A DNA stretch of 64,000 bases from the NCBI GenBank assembly GCA_964397565.1, contig CAYNJC010000024.1, positions 2,535 to 66,534 on the forward strand, read 5' to 3'. Below are positions 28,641 to 38,228 of the stretch, piece by piece. The stretch is from an uncultured bacterium (GTDB lineage: Bacteria; Auribacterota; UBA3054; JAPLST01). The notes under the pieces were generated by a model, which was not told the origin of the DNA, made no database searches, and saw only the letters and a list, made by a program, of their open reading frames with translations. The position numbers and the translations under genes were made by a program. Every line of letters begins with the position of its first letter. Positions within the stretch are counted from its first letter, which is position 1.

Positions 28641-30818
28641 ATGAATGTTCGATCATGCGCCACGCTGTTGGCAATCCTGTCCTGCGCCCTGTTGTCAGCC
28701 GCGCCGGTCAATGACAATTTTGCCAATGCGCTGGTTTTTGCCGGCGTGGCAGGCACCAACACTGGCACAGACACCCTTGGCGCCACCAAAGAAGTCGGTG
28801 AAGACAGTTGCATCAACGTCGCCTACACCAACACGGTCTGGTGGACGTGGACGGCGCCGTCCAATGGCGTTTTGACCATCAGCACACTCGGCTCGCGCAA
28901 CTTTGCTGGCACGGAATGGGATGCCTGTGTGGCGATCTACACCGGCAGTTCGGTTAGCACCACGACCAAGTTCGGCGAGCAGGACACCGGCTTGGACGAG
29001 ACCTTCAGCTATAGCGGCGCGAAGGCCGGCGTGCAATATTTCCTTCAGTTTGCCGGCTACGACAACGCGGTTGCCTCGAACATTTATTTCACCTATATGT
29101 TTGTCCCGGTCAGTGAGCCGGTGACCGCCGGCTGGTCCTCGATCCCGGTCGCCAGTGGCATTGCCGCCTTGGATTCGTTGCGCAGTTGGCTGGTGCCCGA
29201 CCCGGACAACCAGCTATTGTGCGCCTCGCGCTGGGATAACGGCGACTTTGCCGCCCATAAGATAGCCTTCAGTGACGCCACCAATCCGGCGTCGACCGGC
29301 GCCTCATGGACCAGCATGCCCGCCCCGGCCGGCACGCTCCAAAACGGTCCTGACAACGGCACGGCCGGCATGGTTGCCAATGGAGAACTGTATGCCTGCG
29401 CCGCCTTTGGCGTTAATAGTGACGACCGCAAATATGCGCGGCTGAACACCACCGGCGCCACATGGCAGATCAGCACCAAGGTTGGTGGCGAAATCGCCGG
29501 CGGTTGGGCCGGCGCGTATGCCATCATTGCGGATCCGACCAGCACCGGCACCTTCATCTATGGTCAGTGGTGCGGCACACGCTTCTATGAGTCGTACCTG
29601 GTCAGCAACGAAGTTAATTTCACCTACTACGCCCTGGCACAAAACCAGTACACGCCGTCGTACTGGGGTGTTGACGCAGTGCTGGGCGCGGACAAGATCG
29701 TCTATTACTACAGCCAGGGCATTACCGGCGGCTCCAACATGCTGCGCCGCGCCGCGCTCAGCGGCAATGTGCCCGCGCAGATCTGCACACCGTGGCTCAA
29801 CGCGCGCGGCGAACTCAATAATGACCAAAACGCCAAGACCGGTGCCGCCATTGAATTTGTCCCGGCCGGCCGCGCGCCGTCGTTCACTGATGAACTGTGG
29901 ATCATGCCCTGCCGCGTCGTGCAAAGCGGCACCGCATTGCCCTACAACAAGATTGATCGCTATTGTGCCGCCGACGGCACTTACCTCGGCTTCGTGGATT
30001 TGCCCTTCGTGGTTGCCAACGATGGTCGCGGCTATGACCTGGCCTATCTCAACGGCTACATCTTCGTCATGGAAGGTGCGACCGGCATGAAACTGTGGGC
30101 TTACAAGCTCGGTGATGCCGTCTCGATCAGCGAGGCTCGTCAGCAAGGCATGAGCGCCAGCGTGACCATCGGGCCGGTGACGGTCTCAACGACCAATGAC
30201 ATCACCGCTAGTGGCTACGCCTTTGCCGCCCAGGACGTGACGGCCGGCGTAACGATCTATGGCTCCGGCGCCACCACTCTCTATGTCACCAATCTGCTGA
30301 GCCAAGGGGTCAAGCCGGGCGACCGGATCGTGCTGCAGGGCTCGAATGCCTGGTTCCGTGGCTTGTATGAAATCATGCGGCCAACCTTGGTGACCAATCT
30401 CGACGCGCTCGGTGTCCCGGCCGCGGTGCCGATCACCATGGACGAAATGCAGAACGGCTCGCTGCTGGGCGAGGCCGTGGAGAGCATGCATGTCGTCATC
30501 AGCAATGTCTACTTTGCGACCAGCGCGGCAACCTTCGCTGCGGCGAATTACCCATTGACGAATGAAGCTGGCCAAACCGCCACCCTGCGCATTCAAGATG
30601 TATCGGATCCGCTGGTTGGCACGCCAGTTCCCACACTGCCCTGCGTGATCTACGGCATTATGGCGCAGTACAGCACCAACAGTCCGGGGATCAACTATAC
30701 GGACGGGCGCCAACTTCTGCCGCTGGCCCTGCTGCCGATTCCCGAGCCGGCGCTGCTGTCCGGTGTACTGCTGGTCGCCGCCCTGCTGTCGCGCCGGCGC
30801 AGACTGCGTCTGCCGTAG
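28641..30818 (+). CDS. PEP-CTERM surface protein, paralog 2
   Basis: Signal peptide after GGAG; IPEPALLSGVLLVAALLSRRRR C-terminus. Confidence 0.88.
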   Translation: MNVRSCATLLAILSCALLSAAPVNDNFANALVFAGVAGTNTGTDTLGATKEVGEDSCINVAYTNTVWWTWTAPSNGVLTISTLGSRNFAGTEWDACVAIYTGSSVSTTTKFGEQDTGLDETFSYSGAKAGVQYFLQFAGYDNAVASNIYFTYMFVPVSEPVTAGWSSIPVASGIAALDSLRSWLVPDPDNQLLCASRWDNGDFAAHKIAFSDATNPASTGASWTSMPAPAGTLQNGPDNGTAGMVANGELYACAAFGVNSDDRKYARLNTTGATWQISTKVGGEIAGGWAGAYAIIADPTSTGTFIYGQWCGTRFYESYLVSNEVNFTYYALAQNQYTPSYWGVDAVLGADKIVYYYSQGITGGSNMLRRAALSGNVPAQICTPWLNARGELNNDQNAKTGAAIEFVPAGRAPSFTDELWIMPCRVVQSGTALPYNKIDRYCAADGTYLGFVDLPFVVANDGRGYDLAYLNGYIFVMEGATGMKLWAYKLGDAVSISEARQQGMSASVTIGPVTVSTTNDITASGYAFAAQDVTAGVTIYGSGATTLYVTNLLSQGVKPGDRIVLQGSNAWFRGLYEIMRPTLVTNLDALGVPAAVPITMDEMQNGSLLGEAVESMHVVISNVYFATSAATFAAANYPLTNEAGQTATLRIQDVSDPLVGTPVPTLPCVIYGIMAQYSTNSPGINYTDGRQLLPLALLPIPEPALLSGVLLVAALLSRRRRLRLP

Positions 30819-31030
30819 TCGCGCCGGCGCGGCTTGCACTGCACCGGGTGCCTCCCGAATCTGGCGTCGCGCACAGCCATTGCAGTGCAGATGTCGCGCG
30901 GTACTGCGGTTGGCACGCCCATGCGCGCGGTGTGGGTGAGTGGCGCTGACGTCGACGGAGATTCAGCCTCTGTAATACTTCTTTCGCCGCGAAAGAAGCA
31001 TGAGAGGATCAGACTCCCGCCACGAAGAAT

Positions 31031-31158
31031 TACTAATGAATGCGTTTGCTTGGTGTCATGTCAATTGTGGCCGCGGGCGCTGACCGCGGCTGCAGAAGCC
31101 GCCCTCAGCGCGGGCGGCTACAAGGACACTGCAAAGTAGAAAGCGCTCTCACTTAGTA
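31031..31158. mobile_element. 128-bp MITE/REPIN-like element, copy 2 (inverted relative to copy 1)
   Basis: Reverse complement of 14850-14976 with few substitutions; TA ends. Confidence 0.75.
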
Positions 31159-31209
31159 AACCGGCTCGTCCCGCGCACCGCGTCGCCAAAAGCGAGGGCC
31201 TGTGTGTGG

Positions 31210-31238
31210 TTGACCTGTGCGCATCTTTTTGCTATACT
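31210..31238 (+). promoter_or_regulatory. sigma70 promoter of the acyl-CoA dehydrogenase/Etf operon
   Basis: TTGACC-N17-TATACT with TGn extension. Confidence 0.75.
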
Positions 31239-31309
31239 AACCAGTTCCGAACCTTGCTATGTGCCAAGGCGCATTTATTGTTCTGTTTATGCAACACTGA
31301 CGAGAATCT

Positions 31310-32485
31310 ATGAACTATCTGCTGACCGAAGAACAACTGATGATCAGGGAGACGGCGCGCGAGATCGCCCAGAAGCGCATCAAGCCAATCGCCATCGAAT
31401 GCGATGAAAAGAACGAATTCCCCTGGGAAATTCAGAAAGTCATCGCGGATGCCGGCTTGTTTGGCGTCTACCTGCCGGAACAGTACGGCGGCATGATTGA
31501 TCCCGCGACGTCCAACGGGATTACGAACCTGGTAGTCGCGGTCGAGGAGCTGAGCAAGGCCTGCGGCGGCATCTCGCTGAGTTTGGCGGCGACGGCGCTG
31601 GGTACGCTTCCGATTGTGCTCTTTGGCACCGACAAGCAAAAGCAAAAATACCTGCCGGACCTGGCCTCGGGCGCCAAGCTGGCCGCGTTTGCCGTGACCG
31701 AAGCCGGCGCCGGCTCGGATGCCGGCAGTATTCAGGCCACCGCGCGCAAAGATGGCGAGGACTACATTATCAACGGCACCAAGCAGTGGATCACCAACGG
31801 CAAAGTGGCCGAGACCTACGCGGTGGTCGTCATGACCGACAAGGACAAGGGCGCGCGCGGCGCCACGGCCTTCATCATCGAAAAGGGCACGCCCGGCTTC
31901 TCGTTCGGCAAGAAAGAGGACAAGATGGGCATTCGCGCATCGAGCACCTATGAGCTCGTCTTTGAAGACTGCAAAGTGCCGGCGTCGCAGGTGTTGGGCA
32001 AAATCGGCCAGGGGTTCATTGTGGCGATGAAAACCTTCGATATGTCGCGCCCGGGCGTCGCCGCACAGGCGCTGGGCATTGCCGCCGGCGCACTTGACGA
32101 TGCGGTTGCCTATGCCCGCCAGCGCGTGCAGTTCGGCAAGCCGATCATCGCGAATCAAGGGCTGCGTTTCCTGCTGGCCGAGATGGCCATGAAAGTCGAG
32201 GCCTCGCGCGCGCTGGTCTATGCCGTGGCGCGTTCGATTGACGCCGGCGACCTCAAGTGCCAGAAAGAATCGGCCATGGCCAAGTGTTTCGCCTCGGACA
32301 TGGCCATGGAAGTGACGACCGACGCCGTGCAGGTCTTCGGCGGCTATGGCTACATGAAAGAGTATCCGATGGAAAAACGCATGCGCGACGCCAAGATCAC
32401 CCAGATCTACGAGGGCACCAATCAAATTCAACGCGACGTCATCGGCCATGCCCTGGTGAAAGAAGCCGCCAGCAAAGAGAAGTAA
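31310..32485 (+). CDS. Acyl-CoA dehydrogenase (butyryl-CoA dehydrogenase/CarC-like)
   Basis: FAVTEAGAGSDA, NGTKQWITNG, KMGIRAS, QVFGGYGY and RDAKITQIYEGTNQIQR. Confidence 0.95.
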   Translation: MNYLLTEEQLMIRETAREIAQKRIKPIAIECDEKNEFPWEIQKVIADAGLFGVYLPEQYGGMIDPATSNGITNLVVAVEELSKACGGISLSLAATALGTLPIVLFGTDKQKQKYLPDLASGAKLAAFAVTEAGAGSDAGSIQATARKDGEDYIINGTKQWITNGKVAETYAVVVMTDKDKGARGATAFIIEKGTPGFSFGKKEDKMGIRASSTYELVFEDCKVPASQVLGKIGQGFIVAMKTFDMSRPGVAAQALGIAAGALDDAVAYARQRVQFGKPIIANQGLRFLLAEMAMKVEASRALVYAVARSIDAGDLKCQKESAMAKCFASDMAMEVTTDAVQVFGGYGYMKEYPMEKRMRDAKITQIYEGTNQIQRDVIGHALVKEAASKEK

Positions 32486-32501
32486 CCCACGCCGCACGAC
32501 C

Positions 32502-33287
32502 ATGATTATTGTTGTATGCATCAAGCAAGTGCCGGACACGAACAATGTCCGTATCAATCCGGAAACGAAGACGCTAATTCGCGAAGGCGTTGAGTCAATT
32601 ATCAACCCGTTTGACTGCTATGCGCTGGAAGAGGGCGTGCGGCTGAAAGAACGCTTTGGCGGCAAAGTCATGGTCCTGACCATGGGCCCGCCGCAGGCGG
32701 AGAGCGCGCTGCGCGAAGCGATCAGTCTGGGCGCCGATGAGGCCGTCTTGTTGTCCGACCGCGCCTTCGCCGGCTCCGATACGCTGGCAACCTCGTATGC
32801 GTTGTCGCAGGCGATTCGCAAGTACGGCCAGGTGGATTTGATCATCTGCGGCAAGCAGGCGATCGACGGCGACACCGCCCAGGTTGGGCCTGGCATCGCC
32901 GTGCATCTCGGCATTCCGCAGATCACGTATGTGCGCAAGATCGAGGCGATTGAACACGGTGTCATTCGTGCCGAACGCCTGAATGAAGAGGGCTATGACG
33001 TGCTGGAAGTGACGCTGCCGGCGATGCTGACCGTCGTCAAGGAGATCAACCAGCCGCGCATCGCCAGTTTGAAAGGCAAGATGACGGCCAAGAAGGCGAC
33101 GATTCCGACCTGGACGGCAGCCGACGTCGGCGCCGAGCCGGCGCTGGTCGGGCTCGAAGGCTCACCGACCATGGTTGTCGAAATCTTCACCCCGCCGCCG
33201 CGCAAAGGCGGGAAGACGATTACCGGCGAACCCGCCGCTGTTGCCAGCGAGGCCATTCGCGACATGCGTGCCATGAGCATCGTCTGA
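32502..33287 (+). CDS. etfB: Electron transfer flavoprotein beta subunit
   Basis: VCIKQVPD, INPFD, DRAFAGSDTLAT and GKQAIDGDTAQVG (bifurcating-type motif). Confidence 0.95.
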   Translation: MIIVVCIKQVPDTNNVRINPETKTLIREGVESIINPFDCYALEEGVRLKERFGGKVMVLTMGPPQAESALREAISLGADEAVLLSDRAFAGSDTLATSYALSQAIRKYGQVDLIICGKQAIDGDTAQVGPGIAVHLGIPQITYVRKIEAIEHGVIRAERLNEEGYDVLEVTLPAMLTVVKEINQPRIASLKGKMTAKKATIPTWTAADVGAEPALVGLEGSPTMVVEIFTPPPRKGGKTITGEPAAVASEAIRDMRAMSIV

Positions 33288-33331
33288 GTGCGTGATCTGA
33301 AATCTCAAATCTCAAATTCATAAAAGCCGCC

Positions 33332-34522
33332 ATGCCCCTGATTATTGACCAAGAAAAATGCACCGGCTGCGCCGTCTGCCTCGAACGTTGCCCGTTTAAT
33401 GCGCTGACGATTGTGGACAATGTCGCCCAGGTTGACGACGTCACCTGCACGCTGTGCGGCGCGTGCGCCAAACAGGGCGTCTGCCCGTTTGACGCCATCA
33501 CCCTGCTGTGCGAGAAGAAAGACGCCAAGACCGGGCTGGACGCACATCGCAATATCTGGATCTTCGCCGAGCAGAAGAAAGGCGTGCTGCAAGGCGTCGT
33601 GTACGAACTGCTGGGCAAGGCGCGCGAACTGGCGGATGTCCGCCAACAGGAAGTCTGGGCCGTGCTGCTGGGCAAGACCGTGGCGCACAAAGCGCAAGAG
33701 CTGATCGCCTGCGGGGCCGACAAAGTCGTGGTCGTCGAAGACGATTGCCTCGAATTCTTCGAGGATGAAACATATTCGACGGTGATCACCCGGCTGTGCC
33801 GGAAGTATAAGCCGGAGATCGTGCTATGCGGCGCGACTACGATCGGTCGCGCGCTGATCCCGCGCGTGGCCGTGCAGCTCAAGACCGGCTTGACCGCCGA
33901 TTGCACCGCACTGCACATCGACCCGGAAAAACAGTTGCTGGTGCAAACGCGCCCGGCCTTTGGCGGCAATATCATGGCGCGCATTCTCTGCCCGCTGCAC
34001 CGCCCGCAAATGTCAACCGTGCGCCACAAAGTGTTCCCCGCGGCGCAACCGGACTCAAGCCGCACCGGCGAAGTCATTCGCGAAGCGTTTGACGCGCGCG
34101 AAAAGGCCAACAATGCGCGCGTGGTGGATGTCATCGAGATTCTCGAAGACACCGTCAACCTGACGGAGGCCAACATCATTGTCAGCGGCGGGCGCGGCAT
34201 CAAAGGGCCGGAAAACTTCACCCTGCTGCATGATCTGGCCAAGGCCGTCGGCGGAGCCGTCGGCGCCAGCCGCGCCGCGGTGGATGAAGGCTGGATTCAG
34301 TATTCGCACCAAGTCGGGCAGACCGGCAAGACGGTCAATCCGAAAGTCTACATCGCCTGCGGTATTTCCGGTCAGATTCAGCATTTGGTCGGAATGCAGT
34401 CGTCCGATGTGATTATCGCGATCAACAAGGATCCTGACGCGCCGATGATGAAAATCGCCACACTGGCCCTCTGCGGCGACCTGTTCCAAATCATTCCGGA
34501 GCTGATCAAGCAACTCAAGTAA
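33332..34522 (+). CDS. etfA: Electron transfer flavoprotein alpha subunit with N-terminal 2x[4Fe-4S] ferredoxin domain
   Basis: CTGCAVCLERCP and CTLCGACAKQGVCP; GLTADC, RPAFGGN, GASRAAVD, QVGQTGK and GISGQIQH. Confidence 0.95.
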   Translation: MPLIIDQEKCTGCAVCLERCPFNALTIVDNVAQVDDVTCTLCGACAKQGVCPFDAITLLCEKKDAKTGLDAHRNIWIFAEQKKGVLQGVVYELLGKARELADVRQQEVWAVLLGKTVAHKAQELIACGADKVVVVEDDCLEFFEDETYSTVITRLCRKYKPEIVLCGATTIGRALIPRVAVQLKTGLTADCTALHIDPEKQLLVQTRPAFGGNIMARILCPLHRPQMSTVRHKVFPAAQPDSSRTGEVIREAFDAREKANNARVVDVIEILEDTVNLTEANIIVSGGRGIKGPENFTLLHDLAKAVGGAVGASRAAVDEGWIQYSHQVGQTGKTVNPKVYIACGISGQIQHLVGMQSSDVIIAINKDPDAPMMKIATLALCGDLFQIIPELIKQLK

Positions 34523-34648
34523 TGTCGTGCTGCGGCCTATAGCTGCCACGAGGGCACGAAGAAAACGCAGGCCATGATGTAGGCGGCGACTGGAGAGTGT
34601 GGCTGGGCTTTCAGCCCGTCGATTCGTTCGCAGCCAACAAGGACGATT

Positions 34649-35284
34649 ATGAAATCCCTTTTGCACATTATCGCCAGTCCGCGCGGCGCACAGTCACGCT
34701 CCAACCGCATCGCCGCGGCATTTCTGGCCGAAACCACCCGGCGCAGGCCCGCGCTGCACATTGACACGCTCAACGTTTTTGACGAACCCCTGCCCGCGCT
34801 TACGGCGGTGCGCGTCGGCGGCAAGTATCAACTGATGGCAGGTCAAGAGCTGAACGCGGCAGCGGAAAAAAGCTGGAAGGCCATTGTCGCACAGATCACC
34901 CGCTTTTTGGCCGCCGACGCCTATCTCATCAGCACGCCCATGTGGAACTTCGGCGTGCCGTATGCGCTGAAGCACTATTTGGATGTGATTGTCCAGCCGA
35001 AGCATTTGTTTCGTTACACTGAACAAGGGCCGGTCGGATTGGCGCTGAACAAACGCATGCTGGTGGTCAGTGCCCGCGGCGGCGATTACAGCATCGACAG
35101 TCCGTATCATGCCTGTGATTTTGTGGAACCCTATCTGCGCACCGTGTTCGGCTTTGTCGGCATTAGCGACCTGACGTTTGTCAATGCGCAGCCGTTGGAT
35201 GCCGGCGACCCGCAAGTGACCGAGAGCAAACTGGCCGAGGCTGAGACACAGGCCCGCGCCATAGCCGTCCAGTGGTGCAGCTGA
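34649..35284 (+). CDS. azoR: FMN-dependent NADH-azoreductase (flavodoxin-2 fold)
   Basis: IIASPRG..SRS, PMWNFGVPYALK, ARGG.Y and YLRTVFGFVG. Confidence 0.9.
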   Translation: MKSLLHIIASPRGAQSRSNRIAAAFLAETTRRRPALHIDTLNVFDEPLPALTAVRVGGKYQLMAGQELNAAAEKSWKAIVAQITRFLAADAYLISTPMWNFGVPYALKHYLDVIVQPKHLFRYTEQGPVGLALNKRMLVVSARGGDYSIDSPYHACDFVEPYLRTVFGFVGISDLTFVNAQPLDAGDPQVTESKLAEAETQARAIAVQWCS

Positions 35285-35446
35285 GGCTTTATCTCCTGTA
35301 GTCGCGGCGCTCTGCGCCGAGCGCCTCTGATATCTCCCTTTGCTAAAGGGAGTACCCGGCTTGGCGGGGGGGAGGGATTTATCTCGGACGACCTGGCAAG
35401 TTCACCAACAAATAGCCCCGGCACCCGCTTTACTATAAGGGGGATT

Positions 35447-36508
35447 TCAGCGACCGACCTGCGGCGCCTGGCACCGTTCAGCAAAGCCGCGCGAAGTGAA
35501 GAAGCCCAAGACGTTGGTGCCTGGCGCCGGTCGCACGATAATCAGACATTCCAGATTTGTCACGTGCTCCGCCAAGGCAATGGCATCGGTTGCCGGCATA
35601 GTGAACAATGCCGTGGACCATGCATCAGCGCTGGTACAGTCGGGCGCCCAGGTGGTGACGCTGATCGTCTCGGTTTGCAGCGGCGTGCCGCTGCGCAGAT
35701 CGATGATGTGCATGACGCTGTTGCTGCCACGCTGGTAGAAATTTCGATAGCTGCCCGAAGTGGAAACCGCGCCGCGCTGCATGGCAATAATGCGATCACG
35801 CAAGTAGGCGCCATCCATGGCGTGCGCATCGGGCACTTGGATGCCGACATGCCACGTCTTGCTGCCGTCGGATGAAACCCGAATCTCGCCGCCACCATTG
35901 ACCAAGAAGTTGGTGAAGCCATGCTGCAACAGTTGCTCTGCGGCCCGATCAACCGCAACGCCCGCCGCCATCGAGCTCAAGTCAACCTCCACGCCGGCAA
36001 CCACGGTACTCACGGCCTGCTGTTCTGGCAGACGCACAAGCTTGTCCATGCCGCTGCGCGCGCGGGCCGCGGCAAGCTCGGTTGCATCAGGCACGCGATT
36101 AGTCTTGCCAGGGCCAAAGCCCCAGGCGCGAATCAACGGGCCGGCACAGACATCATAGCTGCCGCTGGTGTAGCGCCACAATTCCTGCGCGAAACGCAAG
36201 CAGTCCATGGTTTGGGTTGTGACGGGCACCAGCGTGCCAAGCCGGGCGGCGCGGATGCGTGCCACATCATTACTTGGCAAAAACCAACTCAACTGCTGCT
36301 CGACGTTGTCAATTGCGGCGAACGCGGCCTGCATGGCCCGCTGCACATCTACCGCCGCGCGCGGCATGGCCATCACCTGAATCTCGACGACCGTGGCCAT
36401 GGCAAAGCGCTGCTCGACGAAACGCTGCGGCCGCGAACAGCCGCATAACACGCTTGCGCTCGCGACGCACAATAAAACAGAGATCTGTCTGGTAACGCTA
36501 TGGTGCAT
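35447..36508 (-). CDS. apbE: FAD:protein FMN transferase lipoprotein
   Basis: Lipobox-like LCGC, AMAT, GGEI, STSGSY, HIID and ADAWSTA. Start set at the MHHSV ATG. Confidence 0.9.
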   Translation of the reverse strand: MHHSVTRQISVLLCVASASVLCGCSRPQRFVEQRFAMATVVEIQVMAMPRAAVDVQRAMQAAFAAIDNVEQQLSWFLPSNDVARIRAARLGTLVPVTTQTMDCLRFAQELWRYTSGSYDVCAGPLIRAWGFGPGKTNRVPDATELAAARARSGMDKLVRLPEQQAVSTVVAGVEVDLSSMAAGVAVDRAAEQLLQHGFTNFLVNGGGEIRVSSDGSKTWHVGIQVPDAHAMDGAYLRDRIIAMQRGAVSTSGSYRNFYQRGSNSVMHIIDLRSGTPLQTETISVTTWAPDCTSADAWSTALFTMPATDAIALAEHVTNLECLIIVRPAPGTNVLGFFTSRGFAERCQAPQVGR

Positions 36509-36881
36509 TGAGTCCTTGTGGTAATCAGACTCACATTGTACACAATTCTCGACGGAAGAACATCCAGACATGAACGCGATTGCTCTCTGCAAGGGGGGAG
36601 CCACTTCAGGTGGTGACGCTGCGCGAGCCTGCGCCTTCCCCATGCAGGCGCGGAACGGCGTTCCGCGTGCAGCAGCACCTTCCGTCACGAAGTGCAACAC
36701 GAAGCAAGCAACACCCGTTCCGGCCCTTAGCGTGCCCCCTGCTCTGCCATCGACCACGACGCTGCCCGCCCGCTGCATCTGCTTACATCTGCGTGCATAT
36801 ATGGTAGAATATACTTAGCGAAGCGTTCGCACGTGATGCGGACGTCACCATTCACCCCTACGCGACCCGTAAGGAAGACCT

Positions 36882-37370
36882 ATGAAAACTCATATCATGT
36901 TGCTGCTGGTACTTGCCACCATAATCATAGCCATTTCGCATCGCGCCAGCGGCGCCACATTGCTGTGGACCAACACGCTGCCCGTGAATGCCACTTTGAC
37001 CGATCTGATGCCGGACGGCAAGGGCGGCGTGGTCATCTGCTATTCGCTTGTGACGTCCGCCTATATCCGCTATCTCGACAAGAACGGCGTCAAGCTCTGG
37101 GAGTCAATATTCTCTAGCGCCAGCGAGGCCTATGCCGACTACATCTCCAAAAAGCAGGTCATTGTGGTCGTATTCCAGTCCGGTCAGTTCGCGGCGTGGC
37201 AGTTCGAGCTCAAGACCGGCAATTCGCAGCCCATCGCGAGCGCCGCTGGCTCGGACTTCACCTTTGGTCCGGCGGTCCCCACGGCTAACAAGGACGCCAA
37301 AGGCTTTTTCCTGTTCCAACGTGTCACCGCCACCAACGCGCGCGTGATCCAGCGTTACTCGTACAAGTAA
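36882..37370 (+). CDS. Hypothetical exported protein
   Basis: AAGGAAG RBS, signal peptide and beta-strand-rich body; codon usage matches the host. Confidence 0.75.
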   Translation: MKTHIMLLLVLATIIIAISHRASGATLLWTNTLPVNATLTDLMPDGKGGVVICYSLVTSAYIRYLDKNGVKLWESIFSSASEAYADYISKKQVIVVVFQSGQFAAWQFELKTGNSQPIASAAGSDFTFGPAVPTANKDAKGFFLFQRVTATNARVIQRYSYK

Positions 37371-37379
37371 TCGGCTGTA

Positions 37380-37900
37380 GCAAGGTAGGGGAGCATTGCA
37401 CTTGCTGGCCCAGCCGTTGCTTCAGTTCTGTGGGAGGGTCGCCGGCCCGGCGACCACCAATGTATCCGCCGATGCCGCAATGTAGGAGCGGCTGCCATGC
37501 CGCGAAGCTGCCGCCCCTGCCGCAGATGAAGGATTGCCTCTCTGAGTTGCCGCCACTGCAATGCGCGCCGGCGACGTCTGCGCCGTACCGCCCACGGCGG
37601 TAGGGTTGGGGGATGTTGCTGGCGACCAGCGCTGGAGCTGGCTTGGCCAGTCCCGCCATCGGCGGGATTGACAGTCAATGCATGCCCCTATTCTGGGCCG
37701 GCGAATCCGCCGGGCTGCCGCAGCAGCCACGCCGCCACGCAAGCGCCGCGCCGCAATCTGCTCCAGAGTGGGAGCGACCTCAGTGTCGCGATTCTTGCTT
37801 GTTGTGACCGTCGTATCGTCACAGTTCTGCGACGTGCGAGCCGCCGTGCTGGCTTGGCGAGTCCCGCCAGCGGCGTGGACCGCGAATCTGTTGCACCTCT
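37380..37900. repeat. Cluster of diverse REP-like palindromes
   Basis: GTGGGAG-GGTCGCCGG-C-CCGGCGACC, GTAGGAGCGGC..GCCGC, GTGGGAGCGAC..GTCGC; CTGGCTTGGC.AGTCCCGCCA occurs twice. Confidence 0.6.
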
Positions 37901-38102
37901 GCGAAGGGAACGCCGATCTCCAGATCGGCTGAAGGTAGGTGCGATCGCCCGATCGCACCTTCTGCTGGAGCGCGCCCTGCACGCAACCTCCGGCATCTCT
38001 GCGGCACGATAAACGTGGCGGAACTTCGATTCTGCCAAAAGAGCGTTCGCGTCCTTAAGTCGACCTGCATGTGCTATCGGCGGGATCAACGGTCAATGCA
38101 TG
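37900..38102. repeat. Direct repeat unit A (conserved 70 bp + variable middle + conserved 102 bp)
   Basis: 37900-37969 matches 38229-38298; 38001-38102 matches 38368-38469. Confidence 0.9.
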
Positions 38103-38164
38103 CTGCTGCTCTGGCCTCTCCATGCCATTCTGCCGCAAAGAAGATTAAGTGTCAATTGTTCACG

Positions 38165-38220
38165 CCTGACCCCAGTCCGCCCTGACCCCAGTCCGCCCCC
38201 GCCTGACCCCAGTCCGCCCC
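38165..38220. repeat. Three tandem CCTGACCCCAGTCCGC repeats
   Basis: Read directly from the sequence. Confidence 0.85.
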
Positions 38221-38228
38221 TGTTGCTT

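Noticed and set aside
30910-30926. sigma54 promoter TGGCACGCCCATGC
   Set aside because: GG-to-GC spacing is one base short of the required N10.
36509-36778. 90-aa N-terminal extension of ApbE; similar extensions predicted for the DHH protein, fcl and the VanZ protein
   Set aside because: The extensions cover intergenic palindromes, promoters or neighbouring genes; downstream starts give a proper signal peptide or domain boundary.
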